Shown: positions 1 to 7,803 of the stretch, in pieces
How positions within the stretch are numbered: position 1 is the first letter of the stretch
Layout of the letters: every line of letters starts with the position of its first letter
Assembly: GCF_900289195.1 (NCBI RefSeq)
Contig: NZ_OMOH01000002.1
Location: forward strand, 271,206 to 303,205
Direction: 5' to 3'
DNA length: 32,000 bases
Source: Propionibacterium ruminifibrarum
Lineage (GTDB): Bacteria > Actinomycetota > Actinomycetes > Propionibacteriales > Propionibacteriaceae
Translations under genes and position numbers: made by a program
Notes under the pieces: model-generated
Seen by the model: only the letters and a program-made list of their open reading frames with translations
Told to the model about the DNA's origin: nothing
Databases searched by the model: none

Positions 1-102
1 CAGAATCCGTAGGGCTGCCAATTACCCCATACCCCATCGACCTCGGCGGGTCTCCCCGCGTCGGCGACGGACCAGAACTCTAGTGTATGCATGCACCAAG
101 AA

Positions 103-1173
103 TCAAACGGGGCCCCGGCCCGTTGTCCGATGCGCGCCCAGCAGCCGCGCCACGACCACCATGAGAGCGCCGCACACCACGTACGCCACGAGATTGGACG
201 CCGTCGTGGACCACGTGGTCTCGGTGAGCTGGCGGGTCTGGGTGAGGGTCCCGGCGGCGATGGCGTAGCAGAAGCTGCTCACGTTGTTCGCCGCGTGGAC
301 GGCGATCGAGGCCTCCAGGCCACCGGTCGCCACGACCATGACCGCTGCCACCAGGCCGAATCCGAGCCGGTCCGCGAACAGGGCCGCGTTCTGGGTGCCG
401 TGCATGAGGGCGAAGACCAGGGCACTGGCCCCGACGGCGATCCAGGCGCGGCCGGTGAGCGCCCCGACCGCCTGCTGCACGTACCCGCGGAAGAGGAACT
501 CCTCCCCGGCCGCCTGCAGGGGCGAGGTGAGCACGACGAGCAGCACCCACACCCAGGCGTGTGCGGGCGGGTCGTGGTCCCACGCCTGGCCGAGACGAGT
601 GAGCAGGTAGACGCCGTTGAGGACGACGAGACCGACCGCGAGACCGCACCCGACCAGCGCCGGTCGCAACCGCCCCTGCACCGAGCAGACCCAGCCCGGG
701 GCGCGTCCGTTGACCCAGCGGGCGACGGCCAGGACGACGAGGATCATCGAGGCCAGCGCCAGGTTGACGACGACCACGCCCTCGACGACGCCGTAGGAGG
801 CGACGAGCGCGTAGGCCTCGGTGAACGAGCCGTCGCGACCGCGGGCCAGCCATGAGACGGCACTTCCGGCGTACATGAGCAGTGTCGTGACGACCAGGTA
901 TCCGAACGCCACCGAGATCAGGCCCACCGCGGCCCGCGTACGGCAGGCGCCCGAGCCGTCGATCATCAGGGCGGTGTACCCGGCATCGGGGCCGGGAACA
1001 CCGGGCCGAGCGCCGATGAGCGGTTCGGGGACCGGGCGGGCCTGAGGCGCGGGGCTTCTGCGCGCCGGTCGGCCGTCCGCCGGCCCGTTCGTCCCCGCGC
1101 CTTGCCGCGCAGGACGTGGCCGGGCGCCGGACCGCCCGCCCCTGGGGGCCCTCCCCCTCTTGCCGCTGCTCAC
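103..1173 (-). CDS. CPBP family intramembrane glutamic endopeptidase (CAAX-protease/Abi-like)
   Basis: 356-aa multi-TM ORF with the family motifs EEFLFRG, FALMHG and HAANN. The GTG start overlaps the stop of the upstream FAH gene by 4 nt (GTGA). The first ~69 aa are Arg/Pro/Gly-rich, and an alternative ATG at 966 (MIDGSG...) cannot be excluded. Confidence 0.8.
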   Translation of the reverse strand: MSSGKRGRAPRGGRSGARPRPARQGAGTNGPADGRPARRSPAPQARPVPEPLIGARPGVPGPDAGYTALMIDGSGACRTRAAVGLISVAFGYLVVTTLLMYAGSAVSWLARGRDGSFTEAYALVASYGVVEGVVVVNLALASMILVVLAVARWVNGRAPGWVCSVQGRLRPALVGCGLAVGLVVLNGVYLLTRLGQAWDHDPPAHAWVWVLLVVLTSPLQAAGEEFLFRGYVQQAVGALTGRAWIAVGASALVFALMHGTQNAALFADRLGFGLVAAVMVVATGGLEASIAVHAANNVSSFCYAIAAGTLTQTRQLTETTWSTTASNLVAYVVCGALMVVVARLLGAHRTTGRGPV

Positions 1174-2012
1174 CGGGACGCGGGTCCGTCCGGGACGAAG
1201 CTGTGGTCGTCCGCCGCGTCGATGACCGGATTGGTCAGGGTGCCGATCGACTCGATCTCGACGCTGACCTGCTGGCCGGGTTCCATCGGCCCCACCCCGA
1301 CGGGGGTTCCGGTGAGGATGACGTCACCGGGCAGCAGGGTCGTGAACGCCGAGATGTACGAGATGAGCTCGGCGATGGAGTGCACCATGTCGGCGGTGTT
1401 GCCATCCTGACGCAGCTGACCGTCGACGCTCGTCCGGATGCCCAGGTGGGCTGCCGAGGCCAGATCGATGTGGGCGGCGATCCACGGTCCGAGCGGGCAG
1501 AAGGTGTCGAAGCCCTTGGCGCGCGTCCACTGGCTCTCGGCTCCCTGGATGTCACGGGCGGTGACGTCGTTGGCGCAGGTGAAGCCGAGGATGACCTCGC
1601 CGGCCCGTTCGGGTGGGACGTGACGGCAGATCCGCCCGATGACGACCGCGAGCTCGCCCTCGTAGTGCAGGTCGTGGGTCTGCACGGGTTTGACGATCGG
1701 TTCACCGGGGCCGATCACGCTCGTATTCGGCTTGAGGAAGAGCAGCGGCTCCTCGTCCACATGGTTGCCCAGCTCCGCCGCGTGCTCGGCATAGTTGCGG
1801 GCCACCGCCACGACCTTGCTGCGCGGTATCACCGGGGCGAGCAGGCGCACCTCGTCGAGCCGGTGGCGGGCGCCGGTGAAGTTGACGGGCCCGGCCAGTG
1901 GATCACCGGTGATCACGGCGATCGTGTCGGGATGTTGGCCGTCGTCGGCCGCCAGCTCGACGATTCCATAGGCCGGGTCCGCACCGGCCGCGGCGAAACG
2001 GGCAATACGCAT
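1170..2012 (-). CDS. fumarylacetoacetate hydrolase (FAH) family protein (2-keto-4-pentenoate hydratase / oxaloacetate decarboxylase-like)
   Basis: 280-aa ORF with an ATG start. It shows typical FAH-fold blocks: PLLFLKP, YEGELAVVIG, TCANDVTARD, KGFDTFCPLGPW and LLPGDVILTGTPVGVG. Confidence 0.88.
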   Translation of the reverse strand: MRIARFAAAGADPAYGIVELAADDGQHPDTIAVITGDPLAGPVNFTGARHRLDEVRLLAPVIPRSKVVAVARNYAEHAAELGNHVDEEPLLFLKPNTSVIGPGEPIVKPVQTHDLHYEGELAVVIGRICRHVPPERAGEVILGFTCANDVTARDIQGAESQWTRAKGFDTFCPLGPWIAAHIDLASAAHLGIRTSVDGQLRQDGNTADMVHSIAELISYISAFTTLLPGDVILTGTPVGVGPMEPGQQVSVEIESIGTLTNPVIDAADDHSFVPDGPASR

Positions 2013-2063
2013 GGGCCAAATCTATCCCGCACCCGGCGGCCTCAGGGGCCCGTCCGGTCCGGG

Positions 2064-3665
2064 TCAGGCCTCACCCGGGCCGTGGCCCTTGACCAGCCCG
2101 TACAGGAATGCCTCGGCGAGCGCCTCCCAGCTGGCCTCGATGACGTTCTCGCCGACACCCACCGTCGTCCAGGTGCGCCCCTGGCAGGCGGTGTCGATGA
2201 GCACCCGCACCGTGGCGTCGGTGCCGCGTCCGGCCCTCAGCAGGTTCGCGCGGTAGTCGACGAGTTCATAGGCCGTCACCTGCGGATGAGCGGCGCCAAG
2301 AGCACGGCGCAGTGCCTGGTCGAGGGCGTCGACGGGTCCCCTGCCCTCGCCCGCACTGGACCGTCGGAGGCCGTCGGCGAGGAGCCGGACGACGGCCCTG
2401 GTGGGGGCCGGCGCGTCGGAATCGTCGCCCTGCTGCTCCGTGGTGACGCGCCAGCCCAGCACCGTGAAGGGCGGCGTGTCGAGTTCTCCCCGCATCCGGC
2501 GCACGAGGAGTTCGAAACTGGCCCCGGCCGTCTCGTAGGCGTACCCGCGGGCCTCGCGCTCGCGGACGGCCTCGGCCACGTCGCGGGCGATGGCGTGGTC
2601 GGCCAGGTCGAGGCCGAGCTGGGCGCCGGCGACCTGGATGTTGGCGCACCCCGTCATGTCGGTGATGAGCAGACGCATGTCGTTGCCGACGCTGCGGGGG
2701 TCGGCGTGCTCGTGAAGATCGGCGTTGACCCTCGTCGCCGCCGCATGCCGACCGGCCCGGTGGGCGAAGACCGACTCCCCCACGTAGGGCTGACGCGGGT
2801 CGACGGGCTGGGCCGTGATCTCTCCGACGACCCGCGCCGTGCGCGTCACCTCCCTCAACTGCTCGGCCGTGACCACCGGCCAGCCGTACTTGAGTTGCAG
2901 ATCGGGGATCAGGGTCGTCAGGTCCGTGGTGCCGGCGTGGGCTCCGTACCCGTTGACGGCGCCTTGAACGTGCACGACACCGGCGTCGAGCCCGGCGAGC
3001 GAGTTCGCCACGGCACAGCCGCTGTCGTTGTGGCAGCGCACGCCCAGGTCGACACCGATCGACGCGGCCGCCGACACGGCGTCACCGATCCAGCCGGGCA
3101 CCATGCCGCCGTTCGTGTCGCAGAGCACGACGGTGCGGGCGCCGGCCTCCGCGGCGGCGCGCACCACCTCCAGGGCGTAGGCGGGGTTGCTCATGCACCC
3201 ATCGAAGTAGTGCTCGGCGTCGACGATGACCTGCTTGCCCTCGGCGACCAGATGGCGGACCGTGTCCGACAGCATCGCCAGGTTCTCGTCCAGGCTGATC
3301 CGCGATCCCCGACTGACATGCTGGTCATGTGCCGTGGCCATGACGGTCACGAAACGCGTCCCGGCGTCGCACAATGCCCGGACCTGGGGATCGTCCCCCG
3401 CAGTGAGCCCCGGGCCGCGGACCTGACCGACGGCGACGAGGCTGGCGCTGCGCAAGGGGGTGCGGGTGGCCTGGGCGAAGAACTCCCCGTCCCGCCGGGA
3501 GGCGGCCGGCCGGCCCCCCTCGATGAAGGTGACGCCCATGGCATCGATCCGACCGAGCATGCGGATCCTGTCATGCACCGTCAGGGGCACACCGGTCCGC
3601 CAGGTGCACTCACGAAGAGTCGTGTCGTACAACTCCAGTGAGTCCGGGCGCAGCGGAATCATCAT
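2064..3665 (-). CDS. cimA: citramalate synthase / LeuA-family (DRE-TIM metallolyase) homolog with non-canonical active-site motifs
   Basis: 533-aa ORF, collinear with the CimA-type (about 530 aa) architecture: an N-terminal HMGL-like barrel (YDTTLRE..., FIEGG, LCDTNGG, CHNDSGCAVANSLAGLDAG) and a C-terminal LeuA-dimer-like region (YETAGASFELL, GEGRGPVDALDQAL, VGENVIEASWEAL). It sits next to ilvE and leuB. Key motifs are substituted (see findings), so the exact activity is uncertain. Confidence 0.7.
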   Translation of the reverse strand: MMIPLRPDSLELYDTTLRECTWRTGVPLTVHDRIRMLGRIDAMGVTFIEGGRPAASRRDGEFFAQATRTPLRSASLVAVGQVRGPGLTAGDDPQVRALCDAGTRFVTVMATAHDQHVSRGSRISLDENLAMLSDTVRHLVAEGKQVIVDAEHYFDGCMSNPAYALEVVRAAAEAGARTVVLCDTNGGMVPGWIGDAVSAAASIGVDLGVRCHNDSGCAVANSLAGLDAGVVHVQGAVNGYGAHAGTTDLTTLIPDLQLKYGWPVVTAEQLREVTRTARVVGEITAQPVDPRQPYVGESVFAHRAGRHAAATRVNADLHEHADPRSVGNDMRLLITDMTGCANIQVAGAQLGLDLADHAIARDVAEAVREREARGYAYETAGASFELLVRRMRGELDTPPFTVLGWRVTTEQQGDDSDAPAPTRAVVRLLADGLRRSSAGEGRGPVDALDQALRRALGAAHPQVTAYELVDYRANLLRAGRGTDATVRVLIDTACQGRTWTTVGVGENVIEASWEALAEAFLYGLVKGHGPGEA

Positions 3666-3718
3666 CGTCGTGGCGTCAGCTCGCGCATCGAGGGGGAAGG
3701 AGGAGACGGCGCCGGGGC

Positions 3719-4804
3719 TCAGCAGACCCGCTGCATCCAGCCGCGGGTGTCCTCGATACGCCCGTACTGGATGTCGAGCAGCCTGTTGCGCAGGGCGATC
3801 GTCTTCCCGCCGTCGGCGGGCACGGGCACCTCGTGCCGACCCTCCTCGTTGACGAGGGTGCCGATGGGGGTGATGACCGCGGCCGTGCCGCAGGCGAACA
3901 TCTCGGCTATGGTGCCGTCAGCGATCCCGGCGTAGACCTCGGCGATGTCGACCGGGCGCTCCACCGGTTCGAGACCGAGCTCGGGGGCCAGGGCGAGCAG
4001 CGAGTCACGGGTGATGCCGGGCAGGATGTTGCCGTTCAGCGCGGGGGTGACGAGCTTGCCGTCGGCGGTGACGAGGCAGACGTTCATGCCGCCCAGCTCC
4101 TCGAGCCAGCGATGCTCGGCATTGTCGACGAACATGACCTGACTGCAGCCCTTGGCGTAGGCCAGCTCCTGCGGCAGGAGGCTGGCCGCGTAGTTGCCAC
4201 CGCACTTGGCCGAACCCGTGCCGCCGTTGGCGACCCGGCTGTAGTGCGACTCGACCCAGATGTCGACGGGGACGATGCCGCCGGTGAAGTAGACCCCGAC
4301 CGGTGAGGCGATGACGGCGTAGCGCACCTGGCGGGCGGGGCGGACCCCGAGATAGGCCTCGCTGGCGACCGAGAAGGGACGCAGGTAGAGGCTCTGCTCA
4401 TGCCCGGAGGGCACCCAGGCGGCGTCGGTCCTCACGAGCTCGCGCACCGAATTCACGAAGTCCTCGACGGGCAGCTCCGGCAGAGCCATCCGCCTGGACG
4501 AGTCGGCGAACCGCCGCCCGTTGCTCTCGGGACGGAACAACCAGATGGAGCCGTCGGCGTGACGATAGGCCTTGAGCCCCTCGAAGACCTCCTGCGCGTA
4601 GTGGAAGACGGCGCCCGCCGGCGTCAGCGCGTAGTCGTTGACCGGCTCAACCCTGGCGTCGGCCCAGCCCTTCTCGTGGTGCCAGTCGACGACCGCCATG
4701 TGATCGGTGAAATGGGTTCCGAAACCGGGATCCTCATTGATCACCGCAATGTCCTGCTCGCTGGTCGGTGTGGACGTGCGCTGGATGCTGAACGTGAGTG
4801 CCAT
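3719..4804 (-). CDS. ilvE: branched-chain amino acid aminotransferase
   Basis: The track ORF is 3719..4984. I trimmed it to the internal ATG at 4804 (MALTFSIQRT...), which gives about 361 aa, typical of actinobacterial IlvE. Motifs: FEGLKAYR, YLRPF, GTGSAKCGGNYAAS (PLP lysine context), GGMNV, LPGITRDS. Confidence 0.9.
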   Translation of the reverse strand: MALTFSIQRTSTPTSEQDIAVINEDPGFGTHFTDHMAVVDWHHEKGWADARVEPVNDYALTPAGAVFHYAQEVFEGLKAYRHADGSIWLFRPESNGRRFADSSRRMALPELPVEDFVNSVRELVRTDAAWVPSGHEQSLYLRPFSVASEAYLGVRPARQVRYAVIASPVGVYFTGGIVPVDIWVESHYSRVANGGTGSAKCGGNYAASLLPQELAYAKGCSQVMFVDNAEHRWLEELGGMNVCLVTADGKLVTPALNGNILPGITRDSLLALAPELGLEPVERPVDIAEVYAGIADGTIAEMFACGTAAVITPIGTLVNEEGRHEVPVPADGGKTIALRNRLLDIQYGRIEDTRGWMQRVC

Positions 4805-4965
4805 GGCAGACAGGTTAGTCCGCCCCCGGCCGGTCCGAACGGCAGGTTCACCTGCCGACTCGGCCCCCAGGACGGGCACGGCCGCAACGCACCGGCGGGT
4901 GAGCTGGGAGCCTGCGGGATGAGATCGTGGCCCAGCCGGTGAGGCGCTGACCCTACTCTTGGGCC

Positions 4966-6024
4966 ATGACTTCTGATCGTCCATCCATCGCGGTGGTCCC
5001 CGGTGACGGCATCGGCCCCGAGGTCGTCGAACAGGCCCTCAAGGTGCTCGCCGCGGCGTGCGGTGAACAGGCCTTCGACCTGACCCATTACGACCTGGGC
5101 GCCCAGCACTGGCTCGAGACCGGCGAGGTCCTCGACGAGGAGACCCTCGCCGCTCTCGCCCGGCACGACGCGATCGTCCTCGGCGCCGTCGGCGCCGCAC
5201 CCGGGTCGTCACAGGTGCCCTCGGGGCTGCTCGAGCGAGGGCTGCTGCTGAAACTGCGCTTCGCCTTCGACCAGGACGTCAACCTGCGTCCGGCCCGCCT
5301 GTACCCCGGCGTGCCCACCCCGCTGGCCCCGTCGGTCATCGACAGGGGCCCGATCGACTTCGTCGTCGTCAGGGAGGGCACCGAGGGGCTCTACGCGGGC
5401 AACGGCGGGACCCTGCGCAAGGGCACCGCGCACGAAGTGGCGACCGAGGTCAGCGTCAACACCGCGTTCGGAGTCGAACGGGTCGTGCGCCATGCCTTCG
5501 ATCTGGCCGCCACCCGCAACAACAAGGTGACCCTCGTGCACAAGCACAACGTGCTGGTCAACGCCGGCGGCCTGTGGCGACGCATCGTCGACCAGGTCGC
5601 GCAGGACCATCCCGGCGTCGAGCACGACTACCTCCACGTGGACGCCGCGACGATCATGCTCGTCACCGACCCCCAGCGCTTCGACGTGATCGTCACCGAC
5701 AACCTGTTCGGCGACATCATCACCGATGAGGCCGGGGCGGTCACCGGCGGCATCGGCCTGGCCCCGAGCGCCAACATCAACACCGCGGGCGACTTCCCCT
5801 CGATGTTCGAGCCGGTCCATGGCTCGGCGCCCGACATCGCGGGGCGGGGCATCGCCGACCCCACCGCCGCGATCAGCTCGATGGCCCTGCTGCTGCGCCA
5901 CCTGGGCCGGCCGGCCGATGCCGACCGCATCGACGAGGCGGTGAGCGCCGACATCGCGTCGAACCGCTCCACACCGCGTTCCACCGGCCAGATCGGTGAT
6001 GCGATCGCCGCCGCGTTGAGCTGA
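4966..6024 (+). CDS. leuB: 3-isopropylmalate dehydrogenase
   Basis: 352-aa ORF. Motifs: [71 protein letters not shown]. It is divergent from ilvE. Confidence 0.93.
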   Translation: MTSDRPSIAVVPGDGIGPEVVEQALKVLAAACGEQAFDLTHYDLGAQHWLETGEVLDEETLAALARHDAIVLGAVGAAPGSSQVPSGLLERGLLLKLRFAFDQDVNLRPARLYPGVPTPLAPSVIDRGPIDFVVVREGTEGLYAGNGGTLRKGTAHEVATEVSVNTAFGVERVVRHAFDLAATRNNKVTLVHKHNVLVNAGGLWRRIVDQVAQDHPGVEHDYLHVDAATIMLVTDPQRFDVIVTDNLFGDIITDEAGAVTGGIGLAPSANINTAGDFPSMFEPVHGSAPDIAGRGIADPTAAISSMALLLRHLGRPADADRIDEAVSADIASNRSTPRSTGQIGDAIAAALS

Positions 6025-6039
6025 ACCGGTGACGCCCCG

Positions 6040-6498
6040 GTGCGCACTAGGCTTGGTCGCATGCGCACCAGGGACCGTCATGAGCGGGGCATTCGTGGGC
6101 CCATGGCCCTGCCGAACGATCTGACCGACCGTCCACTGCGCGTGCCCTCACGCCCCCGGGGCCGCGAGTACTTCCTGCTGTGCGTGCGTGATGCCATCGC
6201 CCGCATCGCCGAGCACTGCCCGGATGTCATCGACACCATCGACATCGGCGTCGACGAGGTACCCGACGCACGAACACTGTGGCATGACCTGGGCGAGCAC
6301 GACACCGTGCCCCTCGCAGCGGCGATCGAGTCCTCGCAGGCCCGGCACGCCCGCATCGTCATCTACCGCCGCCCCCTGGAGCATCGGGCGCTCGACCGCG
6401 CCGACCTGCCTGCGCTCGTTCACGAGACGCTCGTCGAGCAGATCGTCGCGCTCACCGGACGCAGCATCGACGAGATCGACCCCGAGAACGGGACGTGA
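6040..6498 (+). CDS. zincin-like 'metallopeptidase family protein' (DUF1025/Zincin_1-like, actinobacterial HExxH-less type)
   Basis: 152-aa ORF. The pattern RDRHERGIRGP...IDIGVDEVPD...RIVIYRRPLEHRA...LVHETLVEQIVALTG...IDEIDPE matches the small conserved actinobacterial protein that lies convergent with whiB2 (recalled as Rv3259-like). The true start may be the ATG at 6061. Confidence 0.7.
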   Translation: MRTRLGRMRTRDRHERGIRGPMALPNDLTDRPLRVPSRPRGREYFLLCVRDAIARIAEHCPDVIDTIDIGVDEVPDARTLWHDLGEHDTVPLAAAIESSQARHARIVIYRRPLEHRALDRADLPALVHETLVEQIVALTGRSIDEIDPENGT

Positions 6499-6536
6499 GT
6501 GCCCAGACGCTCACCCCTGACCGGCCGGACCGGCCC

Positions 6537-6794
6537 TCACACGGCGCGGCGGCGCAGCTTGCGCCGCTCCCGCTCCGACAGCCCGCCCCAGATGCCGAAG
6601 CGCTCATCATGAGTGAGCGCGTACTCGAGGCACTCACCACGCACCGAACAGGCCTGGCAGACCCTCTTGGCCTCGCGCGTGGAACCGCCCTTCTCGGGGA
6701 AGAAGGCCTCAGGATCGGTCTGTGCGCAGAGGGCGCTCTCTCGCCATGAGAGCTCGCCGCTCTCACCGAGGTCCACCAGCGACAGCTCGTGCAT
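6537..6794 (-). CDS. whiB: WhiB family transcriptional regulator, WhiB2/WhmD-type
   Basis: It has the four-Cys Fe-S motif and C-terminal turn: CAQTDPEAFFPEKGGSTREAKRVCQACSVRGECLEYALTHDERFGIWGGLSERERRKL. The ORF can start at GTG 6800. I prefer ATG 6794 because GGAGAGGA lies about 8 nt upstream of it. Confidence 0.92.
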   Translation of the reverse strand: MHELSLVDLGESGELSWRESALCAQTDPEAFFPEKGGSTREAKRVCQACSVRGECLEYALTHDERFGIWGGLSERERRKLRRRAV

Positions 6795-7049
6795 CAGCAC
6801 ATCCTCTCCATCCGATCAGGGTGCCGCCGACATGCTGACACACGTCACCGGGATGGGCCGGGGCCTGCCTCATCACGGATGAACCCGCGAAACACGTCAG
6901 CGGAATTACATGGATGAAAGCTACCATGCACGCCATTGCGGCGCATGTCGAAGAAGATTCAAGCACTTCCCCGGCGCTGTGCCCCCGGCCCGGGCTGGAC
7001 ATCGGAAATACGGCCATGGCCAGGTGTTTCACACCCAACCGAGGTCGAC
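6795..7049 (-). promoter_or_regulatory. whiB upstream region (promoter/5' leader), locally lower GC
   Basis: This is 255 bp of non-coding DNA between the stop of the upstream membrane-protein gene (7050) and the whiB start. The stretch around 6895-6970 is visibly more AT-rich than the rest of the window. No promoter hexamers can be assigned with confidence. Confidence 0.4.
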
Positions 7050-7757
7050 TCATTCAGCTCTGAGAGAACGCCATCCCTGTGACTGCGGTGGACCGGTGGG
7101 GGCCTGCTCACCCGATGCCACCTGCCGGGCCGTCAGCCACGGCACGGCAGGTCCGCCGTCGCCGGACGAGGCCGGGGGTTTCAGCTCGGGCCCGTCATCG
7201 CGGGTGGGCCGCGGGTCCTCCCCCGCTGCGCCGGGATCGGCCGGAGCGGGAAGGGCGGCATCGCCCGCTCGGGCCCAGGTGCGCCCCGTGGCCCGTTCCG
7301 GGGCCCACAGGACCCCCTGGGCCGGCGAGCCCGGCTGGGCGTCCCGTTCGACCCCGGCGGGCAGGAGCCTCCACAGCACAACGGCCGCCGCGAACTTGGC
7401 GGCCGTCTCGAGCAGCCCCCCGACCGTCTCGAGGACGCGGGAGAAGACCGGGGCCTGGGCGCCGAGAACGCCCACGGCGAGGATGAAGACGTCGTAGCAG
7501 GCGGTGATCGACACGACGACCGCGGCGCTGCGCGTCAGCGCCCTGGCCCGTTCGATCGCCGCCGTACCGAAGATGCAGACCAAGACCATGGCGACGTCGA
7601 CGAGTACCCAGACGAGCGGGACGGCCGTGCCGGTCCGGCGGGCCGAGGCCGACAGGCTCAGCGACTCGTGCACCATGTTCCACCCGAGATTCACGCCGCC
7701 GAGCACGACGTAGCCCACCGTGACGGCCAGGACGAGCCAGGCGATCGGCTCGCGCAT
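7050..7757 (-). CDS. hypothetical integral membrane protein with Pro/Gly/Ala-rich C-terminal tail
   Basis: The track ORF is 7050..8108. Its 5' third overlaps manC in another frame, so I trimmed it to ATG 7757 (MREPIAWLVLAVTVGYVVLGG...). It has about four hydrophobic helices followed by a ~90-aa low-complexity tail. I recognise no family. Confidence 0.6.
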   Translation of the reverse strand: MREPIAWLVLAVTVGYVVLGGVNLGWNMVHESLSLSASARRTGTAVPLVWVLVDVAMVLVCIFGTAAIERARALTRSAAVVVSITACYDVFILAVGVLGAQAPVFSRVLETVGGLLETAAKFAAAVVLWRLLPAGVERDAQPGSPAQGVLWAPERATGRTWARAGDAALPAPADPGAAGEDPRPTRDDGPELKPPASSGDGGPAVPWLTARQVASGEQAPTGPPQSQGWRSLRAE

Positions 7758-7803
7758 CCGCAGCAGGGTACCGACGGTTCTGCCCCGGGACCTGCGGGAC
7801 GGG

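Noticed and set aside
24-37. Tandem 7-mer ACCCCATACCCCAT in the lower-GC left edge of the window
   Set aside because: There are only two units, and the window edge leaves no context. I cannot tell it from chance.
1116-3641. 841-aa ORF on the + strand
   Set aside because: It is antisense to two genes with clear homology (the FAH hydrolase and the CimA-like gene). The translation is Arg/Gly/Asp/Val-rich with no motifs, so it is a typical high-GC shadow frame.
4851-4866. GGCAGG-ttca-CCTGCC hairpin and a 7-codon mini-ORF (4920-4943, MRSWPSR) in the ilvE/leuB divergent region, considered as a possible leucine attenuator
   Set aside because: The mini-ORF contains no Leu, Ile or Val codons. There is no alternative terminator/antiterminator pairing and no T-box-like elements.
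6840-6899. The 8-mer ACACGTCA occurs twice, 52 bp apart, upstream of whiB, and the first copy is embedded in TGACACACGTCA
   Set aside because: A single 8-mer recurrence within about 250 bp is expected by chance fairly often, and it does not match the CRP-type TGTGA-N6-TCACA consensus. I mention it only inside the whiB-leader finding.
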